Assembly: GCF_009914755.1 (NCBI RefSeq)
Contig: NC_060926.1
DNA from: the human T2T-CHM13v2.0 reference genome, Homo sapiens
Direction: 5' to 3' (one strand)
DNA length: 64,000 bases
Part shown: positions 53,151 to 64,000 of the stretch, in pieces
Numbering within the stretch: position 1 is the first letter of the stretch
Layout of the letters: every line of letters begins with the position of its first letter
Notes under the pieces: model-generated
Databases searched by the model: none
What the model saw: the letters and a program-made list of their open reading frames with translations, nothing else
What the model was told of the DNA's origin: nothing
Position numbers and translations under genes: made by a program

Positions 53151-53611
53151 ATAATAACAAAATATTATTGTAATTATTACAACATGGCATCTGATTTCCC
53201 CAGAGAGAGTTATGACAGAGGGGGAGGGAGATGGAGGAGAGAGAGAGACAGAGAGAGGGAAATAGGGCCCACAGTGTATTTTCTAACCTAATCTTGGAAG
53301 TGACCTATCTCAGTTCGCCATATTCTATCTATCACAAACACTAATATGCTTATAATGTGGAAGGGGACACAAAGGTGTGAATACTAGGAGATGGAATCTC
53401 TGAGGCCAACTTAAAGGCTGGCTGCCCCAACCCCCATGAAACTGGGCTGCTCTTGGTTGGTGACTTGTGCTTGGTACAAGGTTGGCCTCTCTGGCCCTCT
53501 TTGTCTGGCACCATGCCCAGCTGTGGCAAATCAGCAACATTGTGGCATATATGTTATTCTTTCTCTTTAATGAGATGGATTTACCTTTTCCACAGGTTAA
53601 GAACAGTTTGA

Positions 53612-53889
53612 GGCCAGGCTTGGGAGCCCATGCCTGTAATCCTAGCATTTCGGGAGGCCAAGATGGGTGGGTTGCTTGAGCCCAGGAGTTCGAGAATAGC
53701 CTGAGCAACATGGGAAAACCCTGCCTTTTCAAAAAAACAAAAATTAATCAGACATGGTGGTGTGTGCCTGTGGTCCCAGCTACTCAGAAGCCTGAGGTGG
53801 GAGGATCACTTGAGCCCAGGGACAGAGGCTGCAGTGAGCTGAGATCTTGCTACTGCACTCCAGCCTGGGCAACAGAGACCCTGACTCAA

Positions 53890-53927
<38 letters not shown>
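53612..53927 (+). mobile_element. AluJ with a (CA)n tail
   Basis: Alu consensus followed by (CA)n. Confidence 0.92.
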
Positions 53928-53929
<2 letters not shown>

Positions 53930-53934
53930 CAGTC

Positions 53935-56900
53935 TGGATCAACAAACCTTTAGCTAGACTGAGAAAAAAAGACAGAATAAATAAATTCAGAAACAAAAAA
54001 AGGGGATATACCAACTGAGACCACAGAAATACAAAGAATCATTAAAGACTATTACAGGCAACTATACACCAACAAATGGGACACCACAGAAGGAATGGAT
54101 AAAGTCCTGGCCACGTACAGTCTACCAAGATTGAACCATGAAGAAGTAGAAAATGTCAACAAACCAAAGATGAATGTAAAAGAATCAAAGCTGTAATAAA
54201 AAGTCTCCCGCCAAAGTAAAGTCCAAGACCTAATGGCTTCACTGCTGAATTCTACCAAACATTTAAAGAAGAACAAATACCAATTCTACTCAAACTCTTT
54301 TTAAAAATTGAAGAGGAGGGAGTACTTCCAAAATCATTCTACCAGGCCAGCATCATCCTGATACCAAAACCAGACAAGGACACACAACAACAACAACAAA
54401 AAGCTACAGGCCAATATCACTAATGAACATAGATGCAACAATCCTTAACAAAATACCAGCTAACTGAATTAAACAACACATTAAAAAGATCATTTACCAT
54501 GATCAAGTGGGATTCATGCCAGAGATCCAAGGATGGTTCAACATCAAAATTTGTGGTTTGTATCACAAATCAACAAATGTGGTACATCACATTGACAGAA
54601 CAAAGGATAAAAACCATATGAACATATCAACAGATGCTAAAAAAAGCATTCAATAGAATTTAACAACACTTTATGATAAAAAAAACTTCAACAAACTGGG
54701 TATAGAAGGAACATACCTCAAAATAATAAAGGCCATATATGACAAACCCACAACCAATATCATACTGATTAGGGAAAAATTGAAAACCTTTCTCTAAGAT
54801 CTGGAACACGACAAAGATGCCCACTTTTATCCAACATAATACTGGAAATTCTGACCAGAGCAATTAGGCAAGAGAAAGAAATAAAGGGCATTCACAATTG
54901 GAAAGGAAGAAGTCAAATTAGCTTCATGCATAGACAACATAGTCTTATACTCAGAAAAACCTAAAGACACCACCAAAAAAATTCTTAGAACTGATAAATG
55001 AATTCAGTAAAATGCAGGCTACAAAATCAACAAATAAAAATTGGTAGCATTTATATACACCAACAGCAAACAATCTGAAAAAGAAATCAAGAAAGCAAAC
55101 CCATGCAATAGCTACAAAGAATGTAAAATACCTAGGAATCAGTTTAACAAAAGATATAAAAGATCAATATAAGAAAAACTATAAAACACTGATGAAAGAA
55201 ATTGAAGAGGACATCAAAAATTGGCAGAATATTCCAATCCATGGATTGGAAGAATTAATCATGTTAAAATGATAATTCTATTCAAGGCAATGTATAGATT
55301 TAGTGCAATCCCTATCAAGATACCAATTACATTCTCCACAGAAATAAAAACAAATCCTAAAATTTATATGGGACCACAGAAGACACCAAACAGCCAAAGC
55401 AATCCTGAGCAAAAAGAACAAAGCTAAAGGCATCACACTGACTTCAAAATATACAACAAAGCTATAGTATCCAAATCAGCATGGTACTGGCATAAAAACA
55501 GACACATAGACCAACCAATGGAATAGAATAGAGAACCAAGAAACAAATTCACACATTTGCAGCCAACTCATTTTTGATAAAGGCACCAAGAACATATAAT
55601 AGGGAAAGGACACTTTCCTCAATAAACCGTGCTGGGAAAACTGGATATTCACATGCAGAAGAATGAAGCTAGACCCCTATCTTTCACCATACAGAAAACT
55701 CAAGTCAAAATGGATTAAAGACTTAAATCTAAGACTGGAAACTATGAAACTACTAGAAGAAGACATTGGACAAACACTTCAGGACATTGGTCTGGTCAAA
55801 GATTTTTTGTGTAAGACTTCAAAAGTACAGGCAAAATAAAGTAAAAATAGGCAAATGGGATTACGCCAAGCTACAAAGCTTCTGCACAGCAAAGGAAACC
55901 ATCAAAAAGTGGACAGACAATCCACAGAATGGGAGAACATATTTGCAAACTATTCATCTGACAAGGGACTAACAACCAGAATACACAAGGAGCTCAAACA
56001 ATTCAATAACAAAAAAGAGAAATAATCCGACTTAAAAATGGGCAAAATATCTGAACAGAGTTTTCATAAAATACGGCCAACAGGTAAATGAAAACGTATT
56101 CAACATCACTAATCATCAGATAAATACAAATCAAAACCGCAATGAGATATCAACTTACCTCAAGGAGATATCAACTTACCCTAGTTAGAATGGCTTTTAC
56201 AAAAAAGACAGGGAATAGCGGATCCTGGTGAGACTGTGGAGAAAGGAGGACTCTCAAACAACGTTCGTGGAAATATAAACTAGTACAGCCACTATGGAAA
56301 ATAGTATGGAGGTGCCTAAAAAAAAAAAAAAAAACTAAACTGAAAATAGAACTACAACGTGATTCAGTAATTTCCACTACTGGGTATACATCCAAAAGAA
56401 AGGAGATCAATATATCAAAGAAATAGCTGCACAACCATGTTCATTTGCAGCACTATTCACAATAGCCAAAACAGGGAACCAAACTAAGTGTCCATCAATG
56501 GATGAATGGATAAAGAAAATGTAGTATATATACATAATGAAATATTATTCAACCATAAAAAAGAATGAAGTCTTGTCGTTTGCAGCAACAGGGATAGAAT
56601 TGGAGGTCATATTGGTAAGTGAAATAAGCCAAGCACAGAAAGACAAATATTACATGTTCTCCCTCATATGTGGGAGCTAAGAAAAAGTAGAACTCATAAA
56701 GCTAGAGAGTAGACTGGTGGTTATCAGAGGCTGGGAAGAGTACTGGGGGAAAGAGGATGAAGAGAGGCTGATTAATGGGTACAAATATATACTTAGAAGA
56801 CATATGACTTGGTGTTCTATAAGTCAGTAAGGTGACTATAGTTAACATTAATTGTTCGTACATTTTAAAATAGCTAGAAGATAATAAAAAAAGTGTAAAG

Positions 56901-56940
56901 AAACGATAAAGATATAAGGTGATGGATATCCCAATTAAAC
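53935..56940 (+). mobile_element. 5'-truncated L1MA-like element
   Basis: Continuous degenerate ORF2 plus 3'UTR. Confidence 0.92.
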
Positions 56941-56970
56941 AAAGAGAGCAGTCTGGCATATTCTTACCTA

Positions 56971-57298
<328 letters not shown>

Positions 57299-57839
57299 TT
57301 AGGCTTTCTCCCCTTGAAACCTGGAAGCCTAAGTCTTACCTGGAATGCTGAGTGGCTACTTCCTGGAAGTGTTTGTTTGAAAAGATGCCACCAACTTCTA
57401 ATTAAGTTGGGTTTTCACAGGCCTGTTACATTGTGTGTAGACCCTGAGCAGGCATCACTTTGCAGCAAGCACGACCCCGGCAAAAGGAGAGTGTGGGGCT
57501 TTGCCAGAGGCCTCTGGATGGGAGGCATGGGTGTCACCTGACAGTCACTAGCACCCTGTGACTCCAGGAGGTCTGGGCATTATCCTTTGAATGCAGTCCA
57601 CTGAGTTACTTTCCTATTTCCTTTACATTTGAACCATTGCATCCACTCTAGAAAGAACGGGAAATAAGAGGAAAAAATGACTCAGGTCACACATGGACAT
57701 AAGCAACTTTCTCCTGCATAGTGAGATGTGAGGGTTTTCAAGAGGCATTCCTGTTTCCACAACCATCACCCCAAACCAGAATTCCAGCAGCCAAGACTGT
57801 GGGAATATGTGCTCCCCCAATTAAAAATTCCTCTGTCTA

Positions 57840-58157
<318 letters not shown>

Positions 58158-58940
58158 CTAAAATCATAAGCTATGTGAGGACAAGGACTTTGTCTTAATC
58201 CTCCACGCCTACAACACTGTCTGGAACAAGTACATGTTAAATGTTGAATGAATGATGCATGCCTTAAGAGTAAGTCATTCCAAAAGTCTCTGTTGACAAT
58301 CCTTACTGCTAGGAAAAATAATGCACCCATCACTGAACCTCAGCATTAATAAGTTCACTCAAATGGAAAATCTTTTTGTCCTAGTTTTGAGAAATACTTG
58401 GAGGGACATAAAGTCAAGGCACCTGCCTCAAGGGACCTTACAACCTAGTACACCTATGTGGTGTCTGTTGGCTTCCTGAGTGAGCTGGCTGAGAGCAGTG
58501 AAGAAGGGTGACAGATTGGTTCAGTAAATATTTATACATTATGTAACATATTATATATATTAAGCAGCAGAGACATCTTGGCATCTGTCTCAACGTAAAG
58601 TACAAAGAAACAACCCTAATCCCTGCATTATCAACCATTGATAAACTTTGTGGCTTCCTCCAATCCTTCTGTTCCATAGACATGATTGAAACACACCACC
58701 CCAAGCCTTCCTGTTCCCATTTCCATTGCTCTGTATGATCCTTTCCACAGTTGGAAGTAAGTATCTTCCTTGTCCATGTTCATGGGTCACGACCTGCATA
58801 CTCATCTCACTCTCAGAGTCAGGTGTAATCTGATGGGGAGAAGCTGTCTTGTGCAGAGCTTGCCTGGCTGTCTTAAAAGGACAGCACCTGGGACATGCAG
58901 TGGGGCCTTGGTGATGTGGGATAGGTGAGAGAAAGTGTTA

Positions 58941-59326
<386 letters not shown>

Positions 59327-59647
59327 TAGTTGAATTTCACCAATTTAACTATGTGCCTGGGGGCAGTCCCTTTTGCATAGAAAACGAAAATGTTCCTGCT
59401 CACCAGCAGGGACATCCCCACTCCACAGGCTGCTTTCCTCCTAACAGAAAGGTATTTTTGGTCTATTATATAAGTGCAGCATCTAAACTTGGTAACTTCT
59501 TATTTACAGACAGTTTATTATATGCCAGGCGTGTACTAGGCATTTTACATGTCATTTCATCCTCACAATTGTGACATCATTAGTCCATTCCTGAAAGACA
59601 GAATTTGAGGCCCAGAGTGGTCAAGAAACCTATTTTGAGTCACACAG

Positions 59648-59699
59648 AGAGTAACTGCAGATATGGGATGTTAGAGTAACTGCAGATATGGGATGTTAG
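59648..59699. repeat. Perfect 25-bp tandem duplication within a MIR-like segment
   Basis: AGAGTAACTGCAGATATGGGATGTT x2. Confidence 0.9.
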
Positions 59700-60396
59700 G
59701 CCTGGTTGGCCCCAGAGCACCACTGTCTTCATCGCTCTGTCACACGGCCTGTGCAGAATTACAAGTCCAGACACAGTTACTTTCCAACTAAAGTGGCTAC
59801 AAGCTCCATCGTCCCCTTGGAAACCTCAGTCCTCATGATTTCTGATTGACACCATCCCAAAACCCAGGTCCTGGTTCTGGAGTTTAAAGCCTCCTTCCAT
59901 GTCTCGAGCTCTGGGTGGCCTGGAATATACTCTTGAGAAATTCCAGCCCCTCTTTGGGGAATTTTAAATGATGAGAGAGCAAAGAGGGGAACAGTTTGCT
60001 TGAGCTGAGAAAACTGTCTCCAGAGGGGTTGAAATCTTTGGTAGAGGTGCATGTGGGTGTTTGTGGAGGGGTGCAGAGCTCCCCCATTCTCCCTCTGGGA
60101 TGTCCATATTCAGGTGTACTCCCATTCCACACACCATTGATAACCTGGCTGTGTCTCTTCCCTGACACTTCACTGGAAGAAGTGTATTCCAGGAACTGCA
60201 TACAGAACCACCCTTCCTTCCAGGGCCTTTCCCTGCTGGACAAGCTCAAGCTGTCATTAAAGGGCCCAAATCCACTCTTGTGGAAGAATGGGCATAGCTG
60301 GGATTTACAGGCTGAATAAGGAGAGCTCATGCAGAAACTTTGTATTAAAAAGACACTCATTATCCATAAACACTTGTGCAGCAAGATATCCAAGGG

Positions 60397-60771
<375 letters not shown>

Positions 60772-60910
60772 CTAATTAAAGGTTTGGATGAATAGAGATT
60801 TTTATGATCCATCTAGTAGGTGGATCATTTTGGAAGGGTTAATACACATTCAACATTAAAACTCCACTGACAAACTGTTATTTGACCTTGATGATGATCA
60901 GGGCATTTCA

Positions 60911-61924
<1,014 letters not shown>

Positions 61925-62269
61925 GAGCTTGGACTTTCTCACTGTGGTGAGGAAGAGGCCATGCATGCATGCACAGCCTCTGTGGTGCAGGCTGGAGTCA
62001 GGGATGGGAAGAAACGGGGCTGAGCTATGGTCAGGGGCCAAGGCCATCTCTCCCAGTATTACCAGGCTCTGACGTGGAACTCTTATGAGTCTGAGAATTC
62101 TAAAAATCCTGCCCTTGCAGGTCATCCTTATAAAAGTATGATTGTAAAGTAGCAAGAAGACATTCTATTTAGCAGCTTATTGGCTTGGTCTGTAACTTTT
62201 AAATACTCAGATATACGGTAGACACTGAGACATGTGGCTCCCATGTGTATACAACTATTAGATGTGGGC

Positions 62270-62477
62270 CTGCTTTTTAGCCAAACATATCCCTTATTGA
62301 CTTTCTCAGTATGACTCTTCTCCAAATCTTCTCTTTGCTCAGGGCTTACTTCTTAGGTTGTCTCTTATGAATATTCAACTCAGTTCTTTTGTTCATTGGC
62401 TTACCAGTTTTTAATTCTTAATTTGTAATCCCTTTTATATCCCAGATATGAGTCCTTTGTCATACATATAGGTATGT

Positions 62478-62527
<50 letters not shown>

Positions 62528-63747
62528 CCTATTCTATGGCTTTCCTATTTATTCTCTTGATGGTGTCTTTTGATGAATGAGACTTGTTAATTTTAAGACT
62601 GACCATTCATATTTTTTTACTTTATTCATAGAGATTTTTGCGTCCTCTTAAGAAATATTTACCTAGTGTAAGATCATAAAGATTTTCTCCTGTTTTCTTC
62701 TAAAAGTCCTTTTTTTTTAAGATGAGGTCTTGCTCTGTCGCCCAGGCTGGAGTGCAGTGGCACGATCAGAATTCACTGTAGCCTTGAACTTTTGGGCTTA
62801 AGCGATCCTAACACCTGACCTCCCAAAGTGCTGGGATTATAGGCATGGGTCACTTTGCCCACCCAGCAAGCTTTATTGCTTTACCTTCCACTTTTAAATG
62901 TATTCCATCATAACGCATTTGCAATTGATTTTTGAGTATAGCATGTGATAGGAGTCAAGGTTTATTTAGTTTTCCATATGGATATCCTTGACCCAGCTCC
63001 ATCTGTAAGCCCATCTCTGCCCCTACTCATCTGCAATGTCACCTTTGATATAAATCAGGTTGTTTATAACATACATACAATGCAATTGTGAGTTCCAGGG
63101 CCACCTTTTTGAGGAACTCAAGCGAGGACACTGCTCTTCACAGCTGAGCATCCATTCCTCCTCACCCACAAACAGCCGCCCCTTGGCCACTGCCCAGGCC
63201 TATGGGTGCCTACACCAGCAGTGCCACTGACCCTTGGGACATGGGCCCGGGGAGGAAGCCTGAGCAGGGCCAGGAAATAGGCTTTGATCTCTGGACAGTG
63301 AATTCTGGTTCCCGGATATCTGGCACATCCTAGAAACTGGGAGGGTGACAGTCTCCTGGTGGCCATTAACTCCTTGACCTCACAAACGTCTCATCTGTAG
63401 GGAAGAATGTGGCTAGAGCAGGGCCGGAGTGAGAGCCTCTAAAGTTTTCTTACGTGGGCTTAAGAGTGGTGCTCCTAAAAAGCAAGCCTCAAAATCCTGA
63501 ACTACTCCTCCCTTCATGTCTTTTCTTTGTGTCCTATACTTAGACCCCCAAACAACTTAAAATGGGTTTTCCCTACATGGGTTACATTGGTCTGTTTATT
63601 ACATTGGTTAATTTTTCCCTTCTTATGCTAAAACCATGCTTCCTTAATTGCTACAGCTTTGTACTTACATACTATAACTTTGATAGTCAGGTCTTGATAC
63701 CTGGTAGTGTAAATCCTCCAACTTTCTTAAAGATTACCTTTGCTATT
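62270..63747 (-). mobile_element. Old antisense L1 fragment interrupted by (CA)n (62479-62522), an Alu monomer (62709-62865) and the inverted arm
   Basis: Degenerate antisense L1 ORF2 on both sides of 63068-63574. Confidence 0.7.
63149..63574 (-). repeat. Right arm of the ~425-bp inverted duplication
   Basis: Reverse-complement match to 61500-61924. Confidence 0.95.
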
Positions 63748-63961
<214 letters not shown>

Positions 63962-64000
63962 TAAAAATCTTAAAAATCATGCCACCATGAAAATCTTTAA

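Noticed and set aside
56144-56181. 17-bp duplication GAGATATCAACTTACC in the L1
   Set aside because: An ordinary small slippage duplication within a dead element.

Overview
Primate (human-like) genomic DNA, not prokaryotic. The left third holds the 5' end (coding exons 1-6, minus strand) of a RANBP2-derived RGPD gene of the RGPD5/6/8 group. It is most likely RGPD8 given the neighbouring sequence, and it has a CpG-island promoter and a 90-bp GC-rich VNTR in intron 1. The CpG island ends abruptly about 250 bp upstream of the ATG, followed by an L1 fragment and a ~4-kb GC-rich block. At 27.0-27.2 kb lies a single intact minus-strand coding exon resembling the vinculin/alpha-catenin N-terminus (probably VINAC1P), with no downstream partner exons visible in the window. 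Its donor phase matches RGPD exon 3. The remaining ~37 kb is mostly interspersed repeats (Alu, L1, MaLR, ERVL, MER41). Notable items there are a MER41B-type LTR with two intact GAS motifs and a ~425-bp, ~88%-identical inverted duplication near the right end. Nearly all ORFs in the supplied track are Alu, L1 or GC-rich artefacts. Repeat subfamily names are recalled from consensus sequences, not from a database search. I found no evidence of a wholly new multi-gene system; the best candidates are listed under findings.
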